32,000 bases of DNA from Micrococcus luteus NCTC 2665 (GCF_000023205.1 NC_012803.1:1740001-1772000), one strand, 5' to 3'; numbered from the stretch's first letter, positions 16,434 through 24,655 are shown. The notes: generated from the letters alone by a model not told the origin. A program made the numbers and translations.

Positions 16434-16604
16434 GGGGGCCTCCTCCGGCGCGATGTGGTGCCTGCTTATGTACCAGTCGGCGAGGTCGAACTCGGGAGGC
16501 ACCCTGCCGAATGCAGAACTCCTTGCTTTCGTGATCCGGGGGCCGGGCTACGGCGTCCCCACCTGGTGTTGCGTGGCGGGGTGCGGCGCGCAGTCCGCCA
16601 CCCG

Positions 16605-18040
16605 CGGGCGTGTCAGATGGTCTGTGTAAGCCGTACCGAGAGGAACGGTAAGAATCATGACCATGACCGACGAGAAGAACCCAGGCGAGCCCTCGGGCCA
16701 GGACCTGGTCGAGCAGCTGAAAGCCTCAGGGCAGCTTGATTCCCTATTCGCGCAGATCGACGCGGGCGGCGTCGAGCTCACCGGTGACGGCGGGTTCGTG
16801 CCCGCGCTGGTCAAGGCCGCGCTCGAGCGGGGCCTGCAGGCCGAGCTGACCAGCCATCTGGGCTACGAGAAGGGCTCGAGCGAGGCGCTGAAGCACGCCA
16901 ACTCCCGCAACGGGACCACCCCGAAGACCGTGGAGTCCGAGGTCGGGCCGATCGAGCTGGACGTCCCGCGAGACCGGGGCGGGTCGTTCACCCCGCGCCT
17001 GGTGCCCAAGGGCCAGCGGCGCCTCGGGGGCCTGGATGACATGATCATCAGCCTCTATGCCGGCGGAATGACGATCCGGGACATCCAGCACCACCTGGCC
17101 TCCACGATCGGCACGGACCTGTCGCACGAGACGATCTCCAACATCACCGACGCCGTGAGCGAAGAGGTCCTGGCGTGGCAGTCGCGGCCGCTGGAGGAGT
17201 TCTATCCGGTGATCTATCTCGACGCAATCCGGATCAAGATCCGAGAGAACAGCCAGGTCCTCAACCGTGCCGCCTACATCGCCGTCGGCGTGGACCTCGA
17301 GGGCATCAAGCACGTGCTGGGGATCTGGGTCCAGGACACCGAGGGCTCGGCGTTCTGGGCCCACGTCTGCGCCGATCTCGCCAACCGGGGCGTGCAGGAC
17401 GTGCTGATCGTGTGCTGCGACGGGCTCAAGGGCCTGCCGGAGGCGGTCGAGGCGACGTGGCCGGACTCGATGGTCCAGACCTGCGTGGTTCACCTGATCC
17501 GGGCCGCGATGCGGTTCGTGGCCTACCAGGACCGCAAGAAGGTCGCCGCCGCGCTGAAGCCGATCTACACCGCCCCCAACGAAGAGACCGCGAGGAAGGC
17601 GCTGGCCGAGTTCGAGGCCTCCGAGCTCGGCACGAAGTACCCGTCTGCAGCCGCGACCTGGGCGAACTCCTGGGAGCGGTTCATCCCGTTCCTGCAGTTC
17701 CCACCCATGCTCCGCAAGGTCATCTACACGACCAACAGCATCGAGTCGCTGAACTTCCAGCTACGGAAGGTGACCAAGAACCGCGGCCACTTCCCCTCGA
17801 CCGAGGCGGCGGTGAAGCTGCTCTGGCTGGCGATCTGCAACATCGAAGACAAACGCGCCGCCGAACGCGCTCGGGACCGGGGCAAACCCGCCGGCCAGCG
17901 CAAAGCCCAGGGCCGGCTCGTCGAAGGTCAGGCCGTCACGAACTGGAAGCAGGCCCTCGCCCAGCTCGCCGCGGCCTACCCCGACCGGATCAACCCCTAC
18001 CTGTGACCACCCCGCTTACACAGACAAGTTGACACGCCCG
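16605..18040 (+). mobile_element. IS256-family insertion sequence, type A (intact)
   Basis: Terminal inverted repeats: 16606-16631 GGGCGTGTCAGATGGTCTGTGTAAGC against the reverse complement of 18014-18039 GGGCGTGTCAACTTGTCTGTGTAAGC (23/26). They enclose one transposase ORF. Boundaries are good to a few nt. Confidence 0.8.
16657..18006 (+). CDS. IS256-family transposase (type A)
   Basis: 449 aa with family-typical blocks: LTSHLGYEKG, PRDRGGSFTPRLVPK, ISLYAGGMTIRDIQ, YLDAIRIKIRE, CCDGLKGLPEA, TNSIESLN. Confidence 0.9.
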   Translation: MTMTDEKNPGEPSGQDLVEQLKASGQLDSLFAQIDAGGVELTGDGGFVPALVKAALERGLQAELTSHLGYEKGSSEALKHANSRNGTTPKTVESEVGPIELDVPRDRGGSFTPRLVPKGQRRLGGLDDMIISLYAGGMTIRDIQHHLASTIGTDLSHETISNITDAVSEEVLAWQSRPLEEFYPVIYLDAIRIKIRENSQVLNRAAYIAVGVDLEGIKHVLGIWVQDTEGSAFWAHVCADLANRGVQDVLIVCCDGLKGLPEAVEATWPDSMVQTCVVHLIRAAMRFVAYQDRKKVAAALKPIYTAPNEETARKALAEFEASELGTKYPSAAATWANSWERFIPFLQFPPMLRKVIYTTNSIESLNFQLRKVTKNRGHFPSTEAAVKLLWLAICNIEDKRAAERARDRGKPAGQRKAQGRLVEGQAVTNWKQALAQLAAAYPDRINPYL

Positions 18041-18421
18041 TGGTGGCCGAGCACCTCGATGCTGCCCGGGCCGACATCCTGGCGTTCACCACATTCCCCA
18101 AGGACGTCTGGACCCAGATCTGGTCGAACAACCCGGCCGAACGGCTCAACCGCGAGATCCGCCGCCGCACCGACGCCGTGGGCATCTTCCCCAACCGGGC
18201 GGCCATCGTACGACTGGTGGGCGCGGTGCTGGCCGAGCAGACAGACGAGTGGGCCGAGGGCCGTCGCTACCTCGGCCTGGAGGTCCTGGCCCGCTGCCGA
18301 CTCACCACCGTCAGCAACACGGGAAGCGAGGTGAACCCCGACACCGCGCCCGCCCTCGAGTTCAGCGCCTGACAACCCCAACGAAGGAATCAGCCGCTAC
18401 ACCACTTCATGGGGCTTGACC
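18041..18421 (+). pseudogene. 3-prime fragment of an IS256-family element, type B (last about 110 codons of the transposase plus the terminal repeat)
   Basis: ...[51 protein letters not shown]... is near-identical to the C-termini of the type-B copies at 18477 and 22738. The terminal repeat ...CGCTACACCACTTCATGGGGCTTGACC ends at 18421. The fragment starts directly at the right end of IS type A. Confidence 0.85.
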
Positions 18422-18427
18422 GTAGTA

Positions 18428-19859
18428 GGTCAAGTCCCGAGTAGTGGTGTAACGCTCTGATCCTCCATTGGTGCTGTTAGGCGCTGAGTTCGAGGGTGGT
18501 TTCCGGTTCGGCGTTCACCTCGTTCCCGGTGTCGTCCACGGTGGTGAGGCGGCAGCGGGCCAACACCTCGAGGCCGAGGTAGCGGCGGCCCTCGGCCCAC
18601 TCATCGGTCTGCTCAGCCAGCACCGCCCCGACCAGGCGCACGATCGCTGCCCGGTTCGGGAAGATGCCCACGGCGTCGGTGCGACGCCGGATCTCGCGGT
18701 TGAGCCGTTCGGCCGGGTTGTTCGACCAGATCTGGGTCCACACGTCCTTGGGGAACGTGGTGAACGCCAGGATGTCCGCCCGGGCACCATCGAGGTGTTC
18801 GGCCACCGCGGGCAGCTTTTCGCTGACGTAGTCCAGCAGCCGGTCGAACTGGGCGTCCACGCTGGCGGCGTCGGGCTGGTCATACACCGAGTGCAGCATG
18901 GCCTTCACGGCCGGCCACATGGACTTGGGGGTGATGCCCATCAGGTTCGCCGCGTAGTGGGTCCGGCACCGCTGCCAGGTCGCTCCGGGCAGGTTCGCGG
19001 CGATGGCGTCCTTGAGCCCGGTGTGGGCGTCGGAAGTGACCAGGCGGACTCCGGTCAGGCCCCGGGCCACCAGGTCGGCGAAGAACTCGTTCCACGCCGA
19101 CCCCGTCTCCGAGGTGGCCACCCGCAGGCCGAGGACCTCGCGGTGGCCGTCACCATTGACCCCGGTGGCCAGCAGCACCACGGCGTTGACCACCCGGCCG
19201 CCCTCGCGGACCTTCATGCTCAGCGCGTCGGCGGCCACGAACGTGAACGGCCCAGCCTCCCCGAGCGGGCGATGACGGAAGGACTCGACCTGCTCGTCCA
19301 GCTCGGTGGCCATCCGCGAGACCTGGGACTTCGACAGCGCGTTGATCCCGAGGGTCTTGACCAGTTTGTCCATCCGCCGGGTCGAGACCCCGGCCAGGTA
19401 GCAGTCGGCGACCACCGTGATCAGCGCGGATTCGGCCCTTTTGCGGCGCTCGAGCAGCCACTCCGGGAAGTACGTGCCCGACCTGAGTTTGGGGATCGCC
19501 ACGTCCAGGGTCCCGACCCGGGTGTCCAGGTCCCGGTGCCGGTACCCGTTGCGCTGGGTAGCTCGGCCCGGGGTGGGTTTACCCCATTCGGCGCCGACCA
19601 CCGCGTCGGCGTCAGCGGAGAGCAGGGAGTTGATCACGGTCTGCAGCAACGAACGCATCAAATCCGGGGATGCTTCGGACAGGGCTTCGCCGAGCAGGCC
19701 GGCAGGGTCGACAATATGAGGAGCGGTCATCGTGATGACTCCGTTCGAGGATTCTGTGGAAGGTTGACTCGAAGGATCACACGGTGGCCGCGTCCACATC
19801 CGGAACGACGTGCCCAGTCACCGTGCGCTACACCACTCTATGGGGCACTACTTCCGACC
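18428..19859 (-). mobile_element. IS256-family insertion sequence, type B, complete copy
   Basis: One end is GGTCAAGTCCCGAGTAGTGGTGTAACGC (18428...). The other end is ...GCGCTACACCACTCTATGGGGCACTACTTCCGACC (ending about 19859). The shared core is GTGGTGTA(A/G)CGC. It contains an intact transposase ORF. Confidence 0.8.
18477..19730 (-). CDS. IS256-family transposase (type B)
   Basis: The start is taken at MTAPHIVDPAGLLGEAL (complement of 19728-19730), the same start as the copy at 25485. The track ORF extends to 19799. Blocks: [55 protein letters not shown]. Confidence 0.9.
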   Translation of the reverse strand: MTAPHIVDPAGLLGEALSEASPDLMRSLLQTVINSLLSADADAVVGAEWGKPTPGRATQRNGYRHRDLDTRVGTLDVAIPKLRSGTYFPEWLLERRKRAESALITVVADCYLAGVSTRRMDKLVKTLGINALSKSQVSRMATELDEQVESFRHRPLGEAGPFTFVAADALSMKVREGGRVVNAVVLLATGVNGDGHREVLGLRVATSETGSAWNEFFADLVARGLTGVRLVTSDAHTGLKDAIAANLPGATWQRCRTHYAANLMGITPKSMWPAVKAMLHSVYDQPDAASVDAQFDRLLDYVSEKLPAVAEHLDGARADILAFTTFPKDVWTQIWSNNPAERLNREIRRRTDAVGIFPNRAAIVRLVGAVLAEQTDEWAEGRRYLGLEVLARCRLTTVDDTGNEVNAEPETTLELSA

Positions 19860-19987
19860 CTGTCCGCCCGCCACATGACTCGCCACAACCGACCCGCCAG
19901 AGCGGCAGCCGCCCGTACGTTTCTGGCGGGCCCTGGGGCGCGCGGGAGCGCCCACCGGGACACCCAGATTTCACGCCGACCGGATCC

Positions 19988-20122
19988 CGCCTGATATGCG
20001 AAGAGTTCACCGCGCGTCGTGTGAACTCTTCGCTGCATCTCGACAACCTTCCAGAAACGGCTCGATTGTCGAGATGCAGCGAAAACTGCACAAATGTTGT
20101 CGAGATGCAGCGAAGAGTTCCA
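19988..20122. repeat. cluster of 26-nt repeat units (U = TTGTCGAGATGCAGCGAAGAGTTCAC) in both orientations, forming long alternative hairpins
   Basis: U-inverted at 20021-20046 (this copy defines the unit). U at 20097-20122 (24/26). U at 20066-20091 (23/26). Half unit GCGAAGAGTTCAC at 19998-20010. Perfect stems: 13 bp (19998-20010 with 20021-20033), 18 bp (20029-20046 with 20066-20083) and 24 bp (20023-20046 with 20097-20120). Confidence 0.9.
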
Positions 20123-20219
20123 AAACGCGCCAATTTGATTCATACGCCGAAGAACGCTCCAGATCTTGACAGCTCGGGCCGTGTGACTCCCTCTCGCCGC
20201 CCGACTTGCCGGGAAACCG

Positions 20220-20966
20220 ATGTGCCACGCTGGCCCTATGCCCCAGCCCGCAATGACTCCCCTACCCTCGGGAAAAATCACCCTGCGCGACGCCCGCCGC
20301 GGAACCACACGGGAGGTCGACCTGGAGCCCTTCGAGATCGCCACCCATCCCCTCCATGACCCGGACACCGGCCTGCCATCCACGCCGGTGACCTGGTTCG
20401 ACGCCATCGCCCTCTGCAATGCGCTCTCCTTGGCCGAGAGCCTGCGGCCGGCCTACACGCGCGCTGCGGACGGGCGCACGGTCACCTGGGACCCCACCGC
20501 CGACGGCTACCGACTGCCCACCGAGGCCGAGTGGGAGTACGCCTGCCGCGCTGGCGCGACGTCACCCACCTACGGGCCGCTCGAGGACATCGCCTGGACC
20601 AGCCTCGATCACCACGAGGGACCCCAGCCGGTCGGCCGGAAGAAGGCCAACCCCTGGGGCCTGCACGACATGCTCGGCAACGTCTGGGAATGGTGCTGGG
20701 ACTACGCCGATCCCGCCCGCTACGGCGACTACCGCACCCTGCGCGGCGGCGGCTGGGCCGACGAGCCCTGGAGCGTGCGCGCCTCCGTCCGCCGCGGCAG
20801 CGCCCCCGACGCCGTCCTCGAGGACGTCGGCCTTCGGATGGCCCGCGGCCCGGTGGGGACAGGCAAGCAAGCGCAGGGGTGGTCCCACGAGGCGGACCGG
20901 GAACGGGCCGCCATCCGCGGGCCGCTCCCCGTGGGCTGGACTCCCCTGCGGAAGATCACCCGGTGA
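20220..20966 (+). CDS. FGE-sulfatase (SUMF1/EgtB/PvdO) fold protein lacking the catalytic Cys pair
   Basis: PVTWFDAIALCNALS, YRLPTEAEWEYACRAG, GNVWEWCWD, LRGGGW and GLRMARG are hallmark blocks of the formylglycine-generating-enzyme fold. Where true FGEs have C-x4-C after RGGS, this protein reads WADEPWSVRASVRRG. Alternative starts are ATG 20238 and 20253. Confidence 0.8.
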   Translation: MCHAGPMPQPAMTPLPSGKITLRDARRGTTREVDLEPFEIATHPLHDPDTGLPSTPVTWFDAIALCNALSLAESLRPAYTRAADGRTVTWDPTADGYRLPTEAEWEYACRAGATSPTYGPLEDIAWTSLDHHEGPQPVGRKKANPWGLHDMLGNVWEWCWDYADPARYGDYRTLRGGGWADEPWSVRASVRRGSAPDAVLEDVGLRMARGPVGTGKQAQGWSHEADRERAAIRGPLPVGWTPLRKITR

Positions 20967-21805
20967 CTGGCCAGCGGGGCCTCCTCGCGGCCGGCCGGCG
21001 GCACTCGCTGGTCGTCGTCGACGGCGGTCGTGTCCTGGCCGCGGGCCCACCGGGTGTGGACGAGTGCGCCGTGGCAGGCTGGAGCGAGGTCGTCGCCGTG
21101 GCCGCCGGGAACGTGCACGGCGCGCGGAACACGGGCCGCTCCCACTCGGTCGGGCTGCGCGCCGACGGCACGGTCCTCGCCGCGGGATGGAACGCGCACG
21201 GCCAGTGCGAGGTCACCGAGTGGACCGGGATGGTGGGCGTCGCCGCCGGATGGCGCCGCACCCTGGGGGTACGCGCCGACGGCACCGCGACGGCCGCAGG
21301 CCGGAGAGACGAGGGGGCGTGCGACGTGGAGGACTGGTCCGAGATCGTCGTGGTCTCCGCCGGGGACTGGCACTCCGTGGGACTCCGATCAGACAGGACT
21401 GTGGTGGCGGCGGGCCTGAACACGCGCGGCCAAGTCGACGTGACCGGCTGGACCGACATCGTGGGCGTCGCGGCCGGCTACCTCCACACCCTGGGCGTCA
21501 AAAACGACGGCACCGTGGTGGCCTGCGGCGACGCCACCGCGGGCCTTACCGAGGCCCGCCGCTGGCGAAACATCAGGGCTGTCTCTGCCGGCAGCCATCA
21601 TGTGCTCGGATTGATGAAGGATGGGCGCGTTCTCGCGGCCGGCGACGACAGCCACGGGCAGTGCCGCACGCAGGCCTGGCGCAAGGTCGTGGCCATCGCC
21701 GCGGGGTCACGCCATTCGCTCGGCCTGCGTAGCGATGGATCCATCCTGACCGCGGGCTACGACGGCGATGGGCAGCGCGGCTGGACGGCAACAGGCGAGA
21801 CATGA
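20963..21805 (+). CDS. RCC1-repeat protein (seven short RCC1_2-like blades, predicted beta-propeller)
   Basis: GTG 20963 overlaps the upstream TGA (GTGA). There are seven units of about 38 aa with the pattern (H/R)(S/T)xGLxxDGxVxAxGxxxxGQCxVxxWxxIVxVAAG, e.g. SHSVGLRADGTVLAAGWNAHGQCEV and SRHSLGLRSDGSILTAGYDGDGQ. The track ORF extension back to 20531 is an off-frame overlap of the FGE-like gene. Confidence 0.8.
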   Translation: MTGQRGLLAAGRRHSLVVVDGGRVLAAGPPGVDECAVAGWSEVVAVAAGNVHGARNTGRSHSVGLRADGTVLAAGWNAHGQCEVTEWTGMVGVAAGWRRTLGVRADGTATAAGRRDEGACDVEDWSEIVVVSAGDWHSVGLRSDRTVVAAGLNTRGQVDVTGWTDIVGVAAGYLHTLGVKNDGTVVACGDATAGLTEARRWRNIRAVSAGSHHVLGLMKDGRVLAAGDDSHGQCRTQAWRKVVAIAAGSRHSLGLRSDGSILTAGYDGDGQRGWTATGET

Positions 21806-21892
21806 TGCGCACACGGAGGGCGTACTCCTACGGACTTCGGCCGGAGGAGCATGCCCGGGGTTCTAGCCCCTGGGCAAGGAACAGCGCGCCTG

Positions 21893-21918
21893 GTGCAACC
21901 TTCGCCGCATCTCGACAA
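21893..21918 (+). repeat. additional inverted-orientation copy of the 26-nt unit, 30 nt upstream of the next gene
   Basis: GTGCAACCTTCGCCGCATCTCGACAA matches 20021-20046 at 22/26. TCGACA (21912-21917), then 18 nt, then TTAGGT (21936-21941), then 6 nt, then ATG 21948. Confidence 0.85.
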
Positions 21919-21947
21919 CACGCATGACCTAACTGTTAGGTAGTCCC

Positions 21948-22319
21948 ATGGCCACTCTGGAGCTTCACACGCTGATAAACCTTGAGCATGCGGGATGGGA
22001 CGCTTTGTGCTCCTCACGCGGCGCCGACTTCTACGGGCAGCTCATGGCTGATGACGGTGTCATGATCCTCGTCAACGGAGCCGTCCTCGACCGGGCCGCC
22101 GTTCAGACCTCTCTGAACGGCGCGCCGGCATGGGACAGCTACACCATCACCGATGAGCGCCTGATACCCGCCGGTCCCGGCGCGGCCACCCTCGTCTACC
22201 GGGCACATGCCCGCCGAGGAAACGAGCCTCCCTTCGACAGCATCATGTCCAGCACCTATGCCGAAATTGAGGGATCCCCCCGCCTGACGGTCTACCAGCA
22301 GACCACAACCACACACTGA
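21948..22319 (+). CDS. NTF2-superfamily protein (SnoaL-like / DUF4440-like)
   Basis: 123 aa with the N-terminal LINLEHAGWDAL pattern and the overall length and pattern of DUF4440/SnoaL_3 proteins. This is a recognition-level call only. Confidence 0.65.
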   Translation: MATLELHTLINLEHAGWDALCSSRGADFYGQLMADDGVMILVNGAVLDRAAVQTSLNGAPAWDSYTITDERLIPAGPGAATLVYRAHARRGNEPPFDSIMSSTYAEIEGSPRLTVYQQTTTTH

Positions 22320-22431
22320 ATCCTCATCGCCACCCGGGCATAGACGTCCTCATCAGGGACGTCGGTAGCAAAGTCAACTTGTCACGCCATCGGCAGGAGC
22401 CTCACTTTCCACGGAATTAGCCGCGTGTCCT

Positions 22432-22457
22432 GGGAAAACTTCGCTGCATCTCGACAC
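22432..22457 (+). repeat. additional inverted-orientation copy of the 26-nt unit, 40 nt upstream of the GNAT fragment
   Basis: GGGAAAACTTCGCTGCATCTCGACAC matches 20021-20046 at 22/26. It is followed by TTGACC (22458-22463), and by TACGCT (22485-22490) 6 nt before ATG 22497. Confidence 0.85.
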
Positions 22458-22496
22458 TTGACCAGCGCACGGGATCACGGTCGCTACGCTCGATCC

Positions 22497-22691
22497 ATGC
22501 CCGTCCGTCTGCGCCCTACCGTCCTCGACGACGCCGAGGCCCTCGCCGCCCTGGCACGGAGCCAACGCGAGCACCTGGGCCCGTGGGAGCCGGAGCGCCC
22601 CGCCCACTGGTTCACGGAGGCCGGGCAGCGCGAGGCCCTCGAACAGGCAGACCGTGACCGGGCCGCCGGCCGCTCCTACGCCTTCGTCATC
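22497..22691 (+). pseudogene. GNAT (RimJ/RimL-like) N-acetyltransferase, N-terminal 65 codons only, truncated by IS256
   Basis: MPVRLRPTVLDDAEALAALARSQREHLGPWEPERP...GRSYAFVI then runs straight into the IS terminal repeat GGTCAAGCCCC at 22692. The acetyl-CoA-binding part of the fold is missing. Confidence 0.7.
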
Positions 22692-22737
22692 GGTCAAGCC
22701 CCTCGTGATGGTGTAGCGGTCTGATCCTTCATGGGGG

Positions 22738-23169
22738 TCAGGCGCTGAGGCCGAGGGTGAGTTCGGTGTCGGGGTCCACCTCGTCTCCGGTGTTGGTCAC
22801 GGTGGTGAGCCTGCAGCGGGCCAGGACTTCGAGACCGAGGTAGCGTCGACCCTCGGCCCATTCATCGGTCTGCTCGGCCAGCACCGCACCCACTAGCCTG
22901 ACGATGGCCGCCCGGTTGGGGAAGATGCCCACCGCGTCGGTGCGACGGCGGATCTCCCGGTTGAGCCGCTCGGCCGGGTTGTTCGACCAGACCTGCGTCC
23001 AGACGTCCTTCGGGAACGTGGTGAAGGCCAGGATGTCCGCCCGGGCGGCGTCGAGGTGCTCAGCCACGGTGGGCAGCTTCTCGCTCACGTAGTCCAGGAG
23101 CCGGTCGAACTGCGCGTGCACGCTGGCCGCATCGGGCTGGTCATAGACCGAGTGCAGCATGGCTTTCAC
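22738..23169 (-). pseudogene. IS256 type B transposase, C-terminal fragment
   Basis: (V)[46 protein letters not shown]... is collinear with residues after WPAVKA of the intact copy at 18477-19730. Confidence 0.9.
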
Positions 23170-24655
23170 GGCTCTTCCCAGTTGAGCGTGGGGGTGTCGT
23201 GAGTCAAGGGCCCGTGCCCTTGCAAGAGGATGGATTTTGCGAAGAATCTAACCTCGATCACGAAGGACACGAGCCATGTCCCAGCGTACGCGCGCTGCCT
23301 TGCCCCTGCCTGCCCACGCCGCTGCCGAGCACCACGTCCGTGCGGCGGCATCGGTGGTGTTCAACCTGGAGGGATACACCGTCCTTCAGGCCCTCGACCG
23401 GCCACTGGGAGGTAGGCGTGTCGTTGTGGCCGCCGATGCCGCCGAGGGGGCCTGCCCGGGCTGCGGGGTGTTCTCGGGCCGGGTGCACCAGCGGGTCCGC
23501 CAGTCCGTGAAGGACATCCCTGTCGGTGGGGACCTGTTGGAGTTGGTTGTCGTCAAGCCCAGGTTCCTGTGCGCCGAGGGGGCCTGCCCGCGCCGGACCT
23601 TCACGCAGACCACGGACCAGTTGCCGGCCCGGGCCCGGTGTACCACCCGGTTGCGGGAGGCCGTGGTGGCCGCGGTGCTGGACTCCGGCCGGGCCACCGC
23701 GGAAGCCGCCAACGCGCATGGCCTGGCGTGGGGCACCGTCAACGCCGCCATCCTGGGCCACACCATGGTCTTGCCGGAGGTCGACAAGGTGCCGGTGCGG
23801 GCGCTGGGCATCGACGAGCACCGGTTCGCCACCGCCAAGTGGTTCAAACACCCCGACACGGCCGTCTGGTGCCGGGTCGAGCCGTGGATGAGCACCTTTG
23901 TCGTCGCCGACACCGGGCACGTGCTCGGCGTCGTCGACGGACGGTCTTCCCGCAACGTCACCGCCTGGCTGGCCGAACGCTCCGAAGCCTGGCTGGATCG
24001 GCTCGAGGTGGTCGCCATCGATCCCTCGGCCACGTTCCGCACCGCGATCCGCAAGGTGCTGCCGACCGTGGACATCAGCGTGGACCACTTCCACCTGGTC
24101 AAGCTCGGCAACCAGATGCTCACCGAGGTCCGCCAACGCGTGGTGCGCGAAGTCCTGGGCCGGCGGGGCCGCAAGCAGGATGCCGTGTGGGCTCACCGGA
24201 TGTTGCTGCTGCGGGCCGGGGACCGACTCACCGAGGCCGGCCTGCGCCGACTCGAGCACGTCCTGGACGACGATGCCTATGAGCAGGTCGCCGCCGCCTG
24301 GGCGGTCAAGGAGCACCTGCGGCGGATCCTGAACGCCCCCACCGTCGCAGCGGCCCAGAACGCCCGGATCGACTTCGAGCTGACCGTAGCCGCCGCAGGA
24401 CTGCCGGAGGCTGACAGGCTCTCGGCCACCGTGGGGAAGTGGTGGGTCGAGATCAAGGTGTTCATCCGCACCCGAGTCACGAACGCCCGCACCGAGGCGG
24501 CCAACACGGCCATCAAACAGGTCAAGCGCACCGGCCGCGGGTTCCGCAACCAGACCAACTACCAGTCACGTATTCTGGCCAGGAGCTTCCGACGGACACG
24601 CCGACGCTCCCAGATCCACCCTCGAGCAGGACTCCACGCTCAAGTGTGAAGAGCC
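23170..24655 (+). mobile_element. ISL3-family insertion sequence with 8-bp target-site duplication
   Basis: Inverted repeats: GGCTCTTCCCAGTTGAGCGTGG (23170-23191) against the reverse complement of 24634-24655 GGCTCTTCACACTTGAGCGTGG (20/22). The direct repeat GCTTTCAC lies at 23162-23169 and 24656-24663. Confidence 0.9.
23276..24649 (+). CDS. ISL3-family transposase
   Basis: 457 aa with a CPGCG zinc-finger region, GIDEHRF, DHFHLVKL and TNARTEAANTAIKQVKRTGRGFRNQTNYQSRIL. Confidence 0.9.
   Translation: MSQRTRAALPLPAHAAAEHHVRAAASVVFNLEGYTVLQALDRPLGGRRVVVAADAAEGACPGCGVFSGRVHQRVRQSVKDIPVGGDLLELVVVKPRFLCAEGACPRRTFTQTTDQLPARARCTTRLREAVVAAVLDSGRATAEAANAHGLAWGTVNAAILGHTMVLPEVDKVPVRALGIDEHRFATAKWFKHPDTAVWCRVEPWMSTFVVADTGHVLGVVDGRSSRNVTAWLAERSEAWLDRLEVVAIDPSATFRTAIRKVLPTVDISVDHFHLVKLGNQMLTEVRQRVVREVLGRRGRKQDAVWAHRMLLLRAGDRLTEAGLRRLEHVLDDDAYEQVAAAWAVKEHLRRILNAPTVAAAQNARIDFELTVAAAGLPEADRLSATVGKWWVEIKVFIRTRVTNARTEAANTAIKQVKRTGRGFRNQTNYQSRILARSFRRTRRRSQIHPRAGLHAQV

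Noticed and set aside
16440-16604. YefM-type operator (TGTACA repeats) upstream of yefM
   Set aside because: Only a single GTAC-containing half-site (ATGTACC near 16467-16473) is visible, with no paired palindromes. That is not enough to call an operator.
19838-20419. ORFs across the repeat cluster (193 aa minus strand, 191 aa plus strand, 101 aa, 73 aa)
   Set aside because: They exist only because the palindromic repeats are open on both strands (the same SSLHLDN / VEMQRR peptides appear in both). Composition is poor and there are no motifs.
20531-20962. 144-codon N-terminal extension of the RCC1 ORF
   Set aside because: It lies entirely within the FGE-like gene in another frame, with an Arg/Pro-rich translation. 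The RCC1 repeats begin right after GTG 20963, which overlaps the upstream stop.
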